Shown piece by piece: positions 37,963 to 51,373 of a DNA stretch of 64,000 nucleotides; position 1 is the stretch's first letter; each line of letters begins with the position of its first letter. The translations under genes and the position numbers were made by a program. Source of the stretch: Octopus bimaculoides (Eukaryota); NCBI RefSeq assembly GCF_001194135.2, contig NC_069003.1, forward strand, positions 11,867,909 to 11,931,908. The letters are read 5' to 3'. The notes under the pieces were generated by a model that saw nothing but the letters and a program-made list of their open reading frames with translations, was not told the DNA's origin and searched no databases.

Positions 37963-38937
37963 ATTAACTTCGAATGGTTAGTTTTCATTGTTTGTTCTTC
38001 TTGTTTTTGCCTTTGTGAGTTACAAGTAATGCTATTCTGTTGGAGTCTCAGCTTTTTTAGCTCCTATTTCTGAACTTCGGTATGTGGTGAAGCAAATGTT
38101 TGCTGATCCCTTAATTATGTTTATAGAGATAGATAGATAGATAGATAGATAGATATGACAGGCTTCCATACAGTTTCCATCTACCAAATTTAACCACAAG
38201 GTATTGGTTGGCCAGAGGTTATAGTACAAGACACTTACCCAAAGTACCATTCAGTGGGACTGAACCTGAAACCATGTTCCAAAACGAGTTTCTCAATTAC
38301 ACACCCATGTCTTATAATGTTCATCTTATATTGTTCGAGTCAACCACAGTTTAGTAACCATTATATATTGCATGTTAAAGGCGGTGAGCTGGCAGAATCC
38401 TAACAACATTGGACAAAAGGCCATGCAGTATTTCTTCTGGCTTTTTTATGTTCTGGTTTAAAATAAAGTACCAGTCAAGTACTGGGATCTATGGTACTAA
38501 CTCCTTCCCCTCAAAATTGCTGGCCTTTCCTTATATCAGATACCATGGTATACTTACATTTCACTTCATTGCCATCAACATTTAACGTCTGTCTTCTATG
38601 CTGGCATAGATTAGATGGCTTGACAGGAACTAGCAAGGCCAGGGGAGTACCAAGTTTCATAATCTGTTTTGGCTTGGTTTTTACAACTGGATGCCCTTCC
38701 TAATGCCAACCACTTTACAGTGTACTGGGTGCATTTTACGTGGTACTAATCACCAGTGCTTTTCATGTGGCACGAGCACCCACACAGTGCTTTTTATATA
38801 GCACCTTAGTTTTAGAATCTCAATTCTGTTGTGGTGGGCAGGTCTTCTCGAATACAGCAATGTGCCACATATCTTGGTCCTCTGTTATCTCCTTTGTAAG
38901 GCTTGTTAATTGAAGATTTTTCAGTTCACTATAATAA

Positions 38938-39150
38938 CCCTTTAGCAATTAAACCATCCATAACCAACCCAAATATTCTACCTGTTTTATGTTCAAAATG
39001 ATCCAGCCTCTTACACCTCCCCTTCAATGTTATTCTAAAAATATACAATCATATTATTGAAATCCCAAATATACGAGATAATGCAAGATTAATTCAAAAC
39101 AGTGAATTAATAAGCATTATCTTTGACAGAGTAATCTGAATGCTAAAGGG
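38938..39150. mobile_element. piggyBac-type MITE, same family, opposite orientation
   Basis: CCCTTTAGCA...TGCTAAAGGG|TTAA; the left TSD is mutated (ATAA). Confidence 0.75.
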
Positions 39151-39638
39151 TTAAATATGTGTGACTTTCCTGTAAGGACACTCTGAGTGGTCTCCACAGC
39201 ATTTCTCACTGGTATGCAACTGATTTAGAGAGAAGAAGAAGCAATCCCAATACTTTGTATTTTATGAACCAAAAATATAAACTAAATTTACATGATGACA
39301 TTTTGATTTACACCTATTTGTTTGTTACTATTATTTGTTTTGTTAAGGTGGTGAGGTGGCAGAATTGTCAGCATGCTGAATGAAATGCTTAGTGGTATTT
39401 CACCTGTCACTATGCTCTGAGTTCAAATTCCACTGAGGTCGACTTTGCCTTTGCCTTTCATCCTTTCGGGATCAATAAATTAAATACTAGTGAAACCCAC
39501 AAGTCGATGTAATCAACTTGTCCCTTCCCCTCAAATTTCAGGCCTTGTGCCTATAGTAGAAAGGATTATTATTTATTTGTTTTTTTTTCCCCCACCTTGA
39601 TTTGAACTTATGCTTGATTCACAGTAATTTATTTATAG

Positions 39639-39812
39639 CAAATGGATTCCTCTGACATTCACGTAAAAGATACTCCAGCCTCAATGTCTTCAATGGACAT
39701 GATTACCAAAGACTCTATTATACAGCAAGCTCAGGAGCTTATCGATGAAGTTAATGACAAGCGTAAACATGACGAACTCTTCAGTGAATATAGAAAGCAA
39801 TTGGAAAAACAT
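39639..39812 (+). CDS. SYCE2: SYCE2-like synaptonemal complex central element protein, coding exon (penultimate)
   Basis: Acceptor tttatag|CAA at 39638/39639, donor CAT|GTAAGT at 39812/39813, phase 0. Encodes QMDSSDIHVKDTPASMSSMDMITKDSIIQQAQELIDEVNDKRKHDELFSEYRKQLEKH, aligning with recalled human SYCE2 QKRAQELIENINKSRQKDHALMTNFRNSLKTK. ATG at 39642 may be the start codon. Confidence 0.85.
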
Positions 39813-40388
39813 GTAAGTTTATGTTATTATTTGCTAAGAAAATATTTTTGTCATAGTTAATANNNNNNNNNNNNNNNNNNNNNNNNNNNNNNNNNNNNNN
39901 NNNNNNNNNNNNNNNNNNNNNNNNNNNNNNNNNNNNNNNNNNNNNNNNNNNNNNNNNNNNNNNNNNNNNNNNNNNNNNNNNNNNNNNNNNNNNNNNNNNN
40001 NNNNNNNNNNNNNNNNNNNNNNNNNNNNNNNNNNNNNNNNNNNNNNNNNNNNNNNNNNNNNNNNNNNNNNNNNNNNNNNNNNNNNNNNNNNNNNNNNNNN
40101 NNNNNNNNNNNNNNNNNNNNNNNNNNNNNNNNNNNNNNNNNNNNNNNNNNNNNNNNNNNNNNNNNNNNNNNNNNNNNNNNNNNNNNNNNNNNNNNNNNNN
40201 NNNNNNNNNNNNNNNNNNNNNNNNNNNNNNNNNNNNNNNNNNNNNNNNNNNNNNNNNNNNNNNNNNNNNNNNNNNNNNNNNNNNNNNNNNNNNNNNNNNN
40301 NNNNNNNNNNNNNNNNNNNNNNNNNNNNNNNNNNNNNNNNNNNNNNNNNNNNNNNNNNNNNNNNNNNNNNNNNNNNNNNNNNNNNNNN

Positions 40389-40738
40389 GCTTACGACGTC
40401 GAGGGTCCCAGTCGATCCGATCAACAGAACAGCCTGCTCGTGAAATTAATGTGCAAGTGGCTGAGCACTCCACAGACACGTGTACCCTTAACGTAGTTCT
40501 CGGGGATATTCAGCGTGACACAGTGTGACACGGCTGGCCCTTTGAATTACAGGCACAACAGAAACAGGAAGTAAGAGTGAGAGAAAGTTGTGGTGAAAGA
40601 GTACAACAGGGTTCGCACCATCCCCTGCCGGAGCCTCGTGGAGCTTTAGGTGTTTTCGCTCAATAAACACTCACAATGCCTGGTCTAGGAATCGAAACCG
40701 CGAGTCCGCTGCCCTAACCACTGGGCCATTGCGCCTCC
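40389..40738 (-). mobile_element. tRNA-derived SINE, family C, in the SYCE2 intron
   Basis: Reverse-complement match to 10803-11171; the tail is lost in the gap. Confidence 0.88.
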
Positions 40739-41092
40739 TGAGGTTGTCTTATATTCCATGACAAAAAGAGTCTTTACTATTCTACATTGTTTTTGTTCAT
40801 TCAGAGCAAAAGAGAGGGCAGTTACAGAAAATGAACTAGTCCGAAGGGGAGGAAGAAATGAGAGTATGATGGGAGGAAATGGTGATTGGAATGACACTGA
40901 AGAAGAGAAAAAATGAAATGAGAGATGAAAGAACAATGAAATGAGAAATGAAAGAACAAAGAGTGGAATGAACAAATAAGGGTGAAAGGGCTGATAGACA
41001 GAAATAGTTGTACAAGATTTAGAAAAATGTATACTTACATATAAGAGATAAAGTGTACGTATGCCGCTATATATATATATATATATACATAT

Positions 41093-41756
41093 ATGAATAA
41101 TACAAAATGGGACAAGAACGCAAAACATCCAGTTAAGTGCTCTCTCACATTTCCTTGCCTTCTCTTCTTGCTCACTTTCCCTCCACTTTTCACTTCACTG
41201 TGTCCCTGTCATTTTTTCTCGCCCCTCCTTAATTCTTTTGTCCCTCTACCTCTACCTCTCTCTCTTCTCTTCCCACGTGACCGGCGTTCGGCCAAGCCTG
41301 ATCTTTCTTTCTTGGCCGGCCGTTGTCCGTGCAACACCTATATTCCTTCCTGTGCCAGTGAAATCTTGTATCCTTGACGTAAGGCTTTATTTCCACATAC
41401 GCCAGCTTAATTTAATTCGTCCTTAGTCGAAAGACACCTGTTGTTATGTCCTGTTATTATTTCTATTGTATTTGTCTAATATTGTTCGTTTTTTTCCGTC
41501 CTTCTTTTTGTATACATTCGCTGCTTTCTTCCAAGGAATCTGATGCTCTTAGCTTAGTTTTTCCTTGGGGCTGGCCAGATTGGGGCAATATCGAGTATAA
41601 CCAGCCAAAATTGCAAAGATAATCTGGATCTTGACTGATGAAAGAAAACTCTGAATGACCCATCCTTGTTTTCTTTGTATCTGGATGTTTTGTTGTCCCT
41701 TTCTTGTATCACCTAACTGTCTGGATGTTTTGCATTCTTGTCCCATTTTGTATTAT

Positions 41757-41760
<4 letters not shown>
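41093..41760. mobile_element. ~670-bp element with ~45-bp inverted ends, inserted in (TA)n
   Basis: AATAATACAAAATGGGACAAGAACGCAAAACATCCAG at the left; its reverse complement at ~41720-41757. The internal part is related to 29870-30110. Confidence 0.7.
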
Positions 41761-41797
<37 letters not shown>

Positions 41798-41816
41798 AAA
41801 TCTCTGAACGAGGTAT

Positions 41817-41853
<37 letters not shown>

Positions 41854-42974
41854 CTTCTTGTGAGAGCTGATAACATCTCATGGCTATTGTGCTGAACAAT
41901 GGGCTATACTGGATGTGATCATTTGGAAGCTTCTGCATCCTATTATAGGACAAAAACCACTCAACTATATTGATGTTATTGGCAGAGACATGCAACATGA
42001 AATTTAGGATCTACCAAAACTAACGAGGGTGGGAGGGCAGGATTCCTGGTTGTGACCATTTCAAGAATAAGAAGTAATGAGAAAGAGAGACATTACTAAC
42101 TGCAGCTATGTTTGATGGTAGAGAGAGAGAGAGAAAGACTGACAGACAGTGAGTAATAGGTAGTGGTAGAAATATTTGTTAAGAGAATGTGATGGATTTC
42201 ATGAACAAGGACCCTGAAGGGAGTGGGAGTAGTGGAGAGTAATAATAGAAGCATGATGTTAATTAGTAAGAGAGAGAGAGAGAGAGTGTGAATAATGAAT
42301 AATCATGATGGCAATGGTAAGAGACTGATGGATGCCCCTAAGACAGTGATCTGAGGAAAAGAGAGAGAGAGTGATGACAGATAGTACAGGGAGGGTAAAT
42401 GGTGGTGGGCTGTATTGGATACCAATAAATTTTATGGAGTATTTCATTACTTAGGCATGTGATGGGGAAGGAAAGAGGGTGGAGAGATAGATGGTAGTAG
42501 TGTGTGTTGGGAATTGGTATTGATAGATCTAATGTTTCCTTTGATTACACGGGTGACATGGTACAGTTCATAAGATAGGGGTTATAAAAAGAGAGAGAGA
42601 AGGGGGGGGGGAAGAGAGTATGAAATTGGTAAGAAGGGCAAAAAAGGGAGACTTAACTGGTACAAAATAGGCAAACAGTCTCAGCTGTAGATCATCATCA
42701 TCATCATCGTTTAACGTCCGCTTTCCATGCTAGCATGGGTTGGACGATTCGACTGAGGACTGGTGAAACCGGATGGCTACACCAGGCTCCAATCTGATTG
42801 ATGTGTATTTTATATCCCAGCCTTCATTACTCCCATCATTTTAATGTATGTTTCTCCATGGATTGTTTGGGTCTTCTGCACTGCATTCTGCCAGTCATGA
42901 AAATGTTGGAAAATGTAATAAGAAAAATTTATTCTACATAGCGACGCTATGAAAAAGAGAAGAAATTCACATTA

Positions 42975-44430
42975 ACTCTTTACTCATTTACTTGTTTCAG
43001 TCATTTGACTGCAGCCATGCTGGAGCACCGCCTTTAGTCAAGCAGATCGACCCCAGGACTTATTCTTTGGAAGCCTAGTACTTATTCTATCGGTCTCTTT
43101 TGCCGAACCGCTAAGTTATGGGGACGTAAACACACCAGCATCGGTTGTCAAGCGATGTTGGGGCGACAAACATATACGCACACATACATACATATATATA
43201 TANNNNNNNNNNNNNNNNNNNNNNNNNNNNNNNNNNNNNNNNNNNNNNNNNNNNNNNNNNNNNNNNNNNNNNNNNNNNNNNNNNNNNNNNNNNNNNNNNN
43301 NNNNNNNNNNNNNNNNNNNNNNNNNNNNNNNNNNNNNNNNNNNNNNNNNNNNNNNNNNNNNNNNNNNNNNNNNNNNNNNNNNNNNNNNNNNNNNNNNNNN
43401 NNNNNNNNNNNNNNNNNNNNNNNNNNNNNNNNNNNNNNNNNNNNNNNNNNNNNNNNNNNNNNNNNNNNNNNNNNNNNNNNNATATACGATGGGCTTCTTT
43501 CAGTTTCCGTCTACCAAATACACTCACACGGTTTTGGTCGGCCCGAGGCTATAGTAGAAAACACTTGCCCAAGGTGCCATGCAGTGGGACTGAACCCGGA
43601 ACCATGTGGTTGGTAAGCAAGCTACTTACCACACAGCCACTCCCGCGCCTATAGAATAATTAACCCTTTCATTACCATATTTCTGTTGAAATACATTGCC
43701 TTTGTTTCAATGAATTTTGAAAATCATTTCTTTTTTCGACACTCTGTCTGTTATAATGACAAGGGTTACAGTTGGTCCGATCAATGGAACAGCCTGCTCA
43801 TGAAATTAATGCGTGAGTGGCTGAGCACTCCACAGTCATGTGTACCCTTAATGTAGTCTTCAGGGAGATTCAGCATGACACAGAATGTGACAAGGCTGAT
43901 TCTTTGAAATACAGGTACAACTCATTTTTGCCAGCTGAGAGGATTAGAGCAATGTGAAGTAAAGTGTCTTGCTTAAGGACACAATGTGCTGTCAAGAATT
44001 GAACTCACAACCTTATGATTTATTCTTTTACTCTTTTACTTGTTTCAGTCATTTGACTGCGGCCATGGTGGAGCACCGCCTTTAGTTGAATCAAATCGAC
44101 CCCAGGACTCATTCTTTGTAAGCCTAGTACTTATTCTATCAGTCTCTTTTGCCGAACCGCTAAGTTACGGGGACGTAAACACACCAGCATCGGTTGGCAA
44201 GTGATGTTGGGGGGACAAACACAGATACACAACATATACACACACATACATACATATATATACATATATACGATGGGCTTCTTTCAGTTTCCGTTTACCA
44301 AATCTACTCACAAGGCTTTGGTCGGCCCGAGGCTATAGTAGAAGACACTTGCCCAAGGTGCCACGAAGTGGGACTGAACCCGGAACCATGTGGTTGGTCG
44401 GCAAGCTACTTACCACACAGCCACTCCTGC
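42975..44430 (-). mobile_element. Two SINE family A copies (42975-43650, gapped; 44020-44430) with an older family C fragment between them
   Basis: Both match the family A head, core and tail on the minus strand. Confidence 0.85.
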
Positions 44431-47389
44431 GCCTGTGAACCAAATACACTAACCACTAAGCCACACGCCTTCAAATTCTTGCAGAATTTAGTAAAATCAC
44501 TTAGTCATTATTAAGCTGGAGTCTGGGATGTTAATTAACCTGAAGTTTGAGTGAAATGTTTTAATTTAGATCAGTTTAAAACAAAAAGTTTCTATCACAG
44601 ATCTAGAGGCAGTCTCAGGTGGGTTGATATCAAAAGTGTTAATGTTTATCAAGTCTGTTTTCTGTCACTTCTGTTTTGATTGAATTAATTAAATAGCAAG
44701 AATTCAAGATTTGGTGTTGTGCATAGCTGACTTGTTTTTTGTGGTGAAATTAATGGCTATACTGATGAAAAATGGAATAAAAAAAAAAAAAAATAATGAA
44801 TCCGTTTCAAACAAAGAATAATGCAATAACCTTAAATTACTGGAATGTTTTGCGTGACATGTTAGTTGTTATTTTGTGTTGTTGTTGAAGTAACCATCAA
44901 TAGTTTAGAGTAGGGATATCAGCAAGTTCTGTCAGTAATGACCCACTTGAGTTTTTTTTCCCCTTTTTGCAATGATATTTTGTTACACGAAAGCCAGGTT
45001 ATACAAGACAGTAACAGCATGTGTTATTGTAGAACAGTAAATGTTGTTAGTGAATGCATTAGATCTATTTAAAAGGCTGTGGAATGATGATTATTCTGTT
45101 TGGCAATACTAGAGCACACTTTAACATTTGAACAAATCCACCCTAGTATTTTTTTTATTTTTTTAAAGTCTGGTTCTTATTCTATTGCTCTTTATTGATG
45201 AACTGCTATGCTAAATTATGGAGACATGCAGAAACCAACACTGATTGTCAAGTAGTTGTGGACACACACACACACACACACACACATACACAATGAGCTT
45301 CATTCCATCTACCAGATCTGTTCACAAGGCTTTGGTTGTTTCGGTGCTTTTAGTAGAAGGGACTCACCCAAGGTGCTGTGCACTGCCACCGAACCTGAAG
45401 CCATGTGGTTGCAAAGCACACTTCTAATCCACACAGCCTTGAAAGAGAAGTTGTGTTATGGAAAAAAATTAAAGAATTGCCTTGAATTATTGAGATCTAT
45501 GTAATGACATTTAACTGAAGCAAGCATAAGATAATTTAAAATGTAGTTAGACTTGAAAGCAAAACCAGCTTGAGAGATGTTTGATGTATTGTCCATGACA
45601 AAAACAGATGGATTTGTCATCATTTTAATGCCCACCTCTCCATGATTGCATGGGTTGGACAGAGTTTTTTGAGGCAGATGCTCTTCCTGTCACCAAACCA
45701 TCTGTTTCCCTAGCAAGATATTTCCTTCATTGCTAGACTTCTGAATGCAGAATGTTGGACATGAATTGCATGATGGTGACACTCCTTTACCATTGTTACA
45801 CAACATCAAGACAAGGAGATGCAAACATTACATACTCACACACACACATACACATATGTAAAGGTAAGATCCAAAGATTATAGTGTAGGAAGTTAGTGAG
45901 CTTCAAGTAATCCGTAGAAGATATTAGAAAAAAGCTACCCTTGGTCTGAAGAGTATCTTGTGGTCTACCCCTCGTTTGGATAATTTACTACTTCCAAGGT
46001 TCTGCTAGCTATGAAACATGTAGCCTGGATTTTATCTACTCCATTCCTTAGTTTTTGGATATGGCTGAGATGAACAAACTATATTTATCTTGAAGATAAG
46101 TATGAACATTTGTATATGCACTGTGGATACATTGTGTTCGTATGGTATGTCATCATCATCATCATCATCGTTTAATGTCCACTTTCCATGCTAGCATGGG
46201 TTGGACGATTTGACTGAGGACTGGCGAACCAGATGGCTACACCAGGATCCAATCTGATTTGGCAGAGTTTCTTCAGCTGGATGCCCTTCCTAACACCAAC
46301 CACTCCGAGAGTGTAGTGGGTGCTTTTACGTGCCACCGGCACAAAGGCCAGTCAGGCGGTACTGGCAACGGCCACGCTCAAAATGGTGTATTTTACGTGC
46401 CAACTGCACAGTCCAGTGGCACTGGCAACGATCTCGCTTGAATGACTTTTCACGTGCCACGAAGGCGACACTGGTAACGATCACGCTCGAATGGTGCTCT
46501 TAGTGCTCCACTGATACAGGTAAATGTTTATAATCATGTGCTTTAGGTTATGTCATACTGAGGACAGTAAAGTGGTATTCCATCACTAAACCAGAAATCA
46601 ATCTATGGCTAAACTTAAAAAATAAAAATCTTTGTTCATTCCCTTGTTTTCAGCCCATGTCTATGTAATAAAGTAGTTATAGAGCCATTTGGCATCTTCT
46701 TCTAGCATGTGGCATTACTCAGTAGTTGCCTTATTATAATTTTATAATTATATTTATAAAATTGAATACTTTGTATTAATTTTTACCTAAATTGGTTTTT
46801 ACATGCTAGCTACTTGACAAAATCCTATATAGATTTTATCCTTGATTATAATTGATATATATATATATANNNNNNNNNNNNNNNNNNNNNNNNNNNNNNN
46901 NNNNNNNNNNNNNNNNNNNNNNNNNAATTAATAAGTCTTAGGGTAGCAAAAATTAAGAAATTTAATTTTACTACCAGTGGTGTAGCGAAAAAAAAATTAG
47001 TCGACAGACTATATATTATTCATGTAAAATACAGTGTACATTTAATACACATTAGAGATGCCCATAAAAGGACATCTAATGATAGTTGGCCTTGCCAAAT
47101 AGTTTGTTTTGCTAAAATAACTTGAAACCTGGTTCGAAATATAGATGGTAAATGTTTTTATTTTTCATTCCTTTCGAAATTATCTCTAATTTTGTGGTGT
47201 AGAGCTTTGGCTGCTCTTATATATATATATATATGACAGGCTTCTTTCAGTTTCCATCTACCAAATCCAATCACAAGGCCCTAGTTGACCTGGGGCTATA
47301 GTAGAATACATTTGCCCAAGGTGCCACACAGTGGAACTAAATACAAAACCATGTGGCTGGTCTTAACCACATAGCCTTGCCTGCTCCTC

Positions 47390-47790
47390 ATCATCATCGT
47401 CATTTAACGTCCGCTTTCCATGCTAGCATGGGTTGGACGATTTGACTGAGGACTGGTGAAACCAGATGGCTACACCAGGCTCCAATCTGATTTGGCAGAG
47501 TTTCTACGGCTGGATGCCCTTCCTAACGCCAACGACTCAGAGACTGTAGTGGGTGCTTTTACGTGTCACCCGCAACGGAGGCCAGTCAGGCGATACTGGC
47601 AATGGCCACGCTCAAGATGGTGTATTTTATGTGCCACCTGCACAAGAGCCAGTCCAGAGGCACTGGCAACAATCTCGCTCGAAAATCCTACGAAGGCCAG
47701 TCAGGCGGTACTGGCAACGGCCACGCTCAAAATGGTGTATTTTATGTGCCACCCGCACAAGAGCCAGTCCAGGGCAACGATCTCGCTAAA
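47390..47790 (-). mobile_element. RTE-tail-sharing non-autonomous element with internal subrepeats
   Basis: (CAT)n-TTAACGTCCGCTTTCCATGCTAGCATGGG end, identical to the 14640-15350 RTE 3' UTR. Internal unit GCCAGTCAGGCG.TACTGGCAA.GGCCACGCTCAA occurs twice. Relatives lie at 46150-46520, 49140-49435, 59545-60030, 35740-35855 and 42690-42800. Confidence 0.85.
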
Positions 47791-48051
47791 CAAATTTGAA
47801 AGTAATGTTAAATCTCTGAACGAGGTATAAACAGTAACTGCACGACAACGTGAAGTATATTTGCCACTTAAATGCTGCTAAACCCTAAGGGTGAATGCTA
47901 CTGTTGCTTTTAGATGTTCAGCTGGAGGAAATTTGAAAGTGATGTATGAAAATTATACCACATTATAACCTCTGTTGTAATATTGATACACAGATGTTTA
48001 TTTTGCCATATTACCTTTGACTTTGGTTTGTATTTGGATACCATTTTCCAG

Positions 48052-48261
48052 GTTGAAAAGCGATGCATCACAGCACAACAGCAAATGGTAGCCATGTATG
48101 AGGAACACGGTAGGCTTATGGAAGAGAAGCTAAAGAAATTGTTTAGCTGTTTAGACCGTGTTGGAAAAGCTGAGTCCGAGCTTATGGCATTCAAGCAATC
48201 ACTAGCTATGTTATACCAAGAAATGCAACTAGACATTGATAAAATCAAGACTTCCACCTAA
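48052..48261 (+). CDS. SYCE2: SYCE2-like protein, terminal coding exon
   Basis: Acceptor ttttccag|GTT at 48051/48052, in frame with the previous exon, stop TAA at 48259-48261. Encodes VEKRCITAQQQMVAMYEEHGRLMEEKLKKLFSCLDRVGKAESELMAFKQSLAMLYQEMQLDIDKIKTST, aligning without gaps to recalled human VSDLTEKLEERIYQIYNDHNKIIQEKLQEFTQKMAKISHLETELKQVCHSVETVYKDL. Confidence 0.87.
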   Translation, partial: VEKRCITAQQQMVAMYEEHGRLMEEKLKKLFSCLDRVGKAESELMAFKQSLAMLYQEMQLDIDKIKTST

Positions 48262-51200
48262 ATTTAACAACAAACATATCATTTCCTATTTATCATTTAT
48301 TTATTGTTCATTTCATTCACATTTTTCAACATTGTTTCTTGTTGCGTTTTTATTCATTTGTTATATTCTTTTGTTTTTGCCTATTTTACAACATTAAAAT
48401 GAAATATATTTTTTTAAACAAAAAGAAATTCATCTTGTATTTACATTCTAAAGTATTTTTCTGCTCCATTGCATAGAAATAGAAAATGTTTGTGTTTCAA
48501 AATTAAATTTTTTTAAGTTAAAGAAAAAAAAAATGTTTGATTTCATTTTAAGAATTTCAATCTAAAGTTTAATAACAAAAAAAAAAAATGTTCACTATCA
48601 TTTGTTGAGGAATTGGTTATCCATATTAATGAAAATACTATGGTGCCAAGGTGACAAAATCATTAGTGTGCCAGGAGAAATGCTCAATGGTATATCTTCC
48701 AGCTCTACATTCTGAGTTCAAATTCCGCCAAAGTCCACTTTCAGGGTCAATAAAATAAGTACCAGCCAAAGACTGGGGTCAATGTAACTNNNNNNNNNNN
48801 NNNNNNNNNNNNNNNNNNNNNNNNNNNNNNNNNNNNNNNNNNNNNNNNNNNNNNNNNNNNNNNNNNNNNNNNNNNNNNNNNNNNNNNNNNNNNNNNNNNN
48901 NNNNNNNNNNNNNNNNNNNNNNNNNNNNNNNNNNNNNNNNNNNNNNNNNNNNNNNNNNNNNNNNNNNNNNNNNNNNNNNNNNNNNNNNNNNNNNNNNNNN
49001 NNNNNNNNNNNNNNNNNNNNNNNNNNNNNNNNNNNNNNNNNNNNNNNNNNNNNNNNNNNNNNNNNNNNNNNNNNNNNNNNNNNNNNNNNNNNNNNNNNNN
49101 NNNNNNNNNNNNNNNNNTTCATTTTATTAAGCACATGAAAAGACATTCGAGCGAAGTCGTTGCCAGTGCCACTGGACTGGCTCCTGTGCAGGTGGCACGT
49201 AAAATACACCATTTTGAGCGTGGCCGTAGTCAGTACCGCCTGACTGACCTTCGTGCCGGTGGCACGTAAAAGCACCCACTACACTCTCTGAGTGGTTGGC
49301 GTTAGGAAGGGCATCCAGCTGTAGAAACTCTGCCAAATCAGATTGGAGCCTGGTGTAGCCATCTGGTTCACCAGTCTTCAGTCAAATCGTCCAACCCATG
49401 CTAGCATGGAAAGCGGATGTTAAACAATGATGATAACCCCTTTCCCTTTCTTTTAAAGAAGGTTTGATTTTGTAAAAGAAATGAATATAATTGATTGAAT
49501 TATTTCTTATAATTCTGCTAGTTCAATGCAGAGAAATCAAAGATAAAGTTGATCTTAGCAACATTGCTAGCAGAAAAGGAAAAGAAGCACCAGACTAGAT
49601 ACAGCAATAGAAAAAAAAAGTAATAAAAAGAAAAAAGCTGTACAATGACTATCCAACTTCTTTTCATTAACATATGTTATATTAATCTTTAAATAACTGG
49701 AAGATGCTTCAGCACTCCCAGAAATAGTTTAGTTAACTTATTTCTATGAAATAAATTCTTTCAAATACCCAGAAGGCTAGAAGTAGTTGATTGCTTCTGT
49801 AACCCATGTGACATAAGTAGCAGCAGAAGTGTGTGTTTTGAAAGCATAGTAGCTTGAGTAAAAATGAGATGAAAAGTTCAGGGAATTATTAGTTACCTTT
49901 GTTGACAACAAAGGATAGATTGCACATGTAGCCTTATTTATCACTGATTCATTCATCACTGATCTGGGATAACACAGTATGCTCAGTTGTGAACTATGTT
50001 ATGCTTGTCATGGATTGATCTGTGATAACATGGGTTGGTGACAGTTGAAGATGCTGCTTCCATCACAGAAATGCACACTAGCGACCACCCACAGTGCTCA
50101 GTTACCCAGAATGCATCGACTGCTCTTTGTGTTTACATGACTGCTGCAATGCTGCATGTTTTTTAAATAGATTTACATACTTCGACTCATCAACATGGGA
50201 CAAGTTGTTCCATACACAAAATGATTACAGATGATTAATTTATCACTGTATTCTTTTGGAACCAATCCCTGTGATAAACAAGGATAAATGTACAGTGTTT
50301 GTGTATGAAGTATGATGTTACATCCACTGGCTCAGGAATGAAATTTCCTGAATGGGTGCAAATCCAGGTACAGAATTTTTTGCAAACAAGGTTTTATTTT
50401 TTATTTCTATATTTATTTTTGTTGAGAAGAAACCTAACTTCAAGCTAATTTTTATAGATCACTTTTTACGCAGTTTTCTAAACTTAAGAAAAATTAGTAG
50501 GAGTGCAAACTTTGATTTTGCACCCCCAAAATTTTAGGAAGTGCACTTGCACTCTCTGCACCTGGGACCATGGTTGAATTGTAGCAAAATATGGGCATTG
50601 AATGCAAAGGATGTACTAAAGCTGGGAAAATATAAGGCAGTGTTCTTTGCAGAATGTTTTATGTTAGTGTGCATGAACAGCAGTGTATGAATGAGTTGTG
50701 AGGAAAAGCTGTGTATAAAAGGAGCCAGAGATAGTATGCTAGAGAGGATATAGTGCTAATGCAGACATGATGCGTATGAGGAATGACTTCTAGATAAAGT
50801 ACCAGATGGAACCAAGTGAAAGGAACTTGTGGGAGAGGAGGACATGGGGAAGAAGAAGTAAAAGCTGATCTCATAAAGTGATTTCTACTGTTGCCCTGGG
50901 GCAACCAATGCTGAAGGAAAGTGTGCAGAAGTCCATGTGTGTGTTCGTCCCCCACCCATCCTGCTTGATAGCTGGTTTTGGTTTGTTTATGTTCAAGTAA
51001 CTTAGCAGTTTGGCAAAAAGTGACTGATGGAATAAGTTACCAGATTGGTAAAAAAATAAAAAGGAATTGGAGTTGATTTGTTTGACTAAACTCACCAAGG
51101 CCCCAGCATGTGTTCCAGCATGGCCATAGTCCATTGACTGATACAAGTAATAGAAAAAGATTAATTATGTCACTTGTTTATAGTATAGGCTTGTAGTAGA

Positions 51201-51373
51201 ATAGTGCTGAAGTAAGTAGACACCTGTGTTCACTACTTCCAAGAACTCAATCAGTCTGGCCTGATATATAATCGTGTGTGTGTGTACATTAAAAATGGAG
51301 TAGGAAGGAAAGTAAATTGTTGTAATGGGGCATTGATAAAAGGTTCATCATCATCATCATCATCATCATTTAA

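Noticed and set aside
49930-50290. Clustered TGATAA/TTATCA and ATGAT/CTGA motifs (GATA enhancer or C/D snoRNA)
   Set aside because: No canonical box C with a terminal stem; the motif density is plausible by chance in AT-rich DNA.
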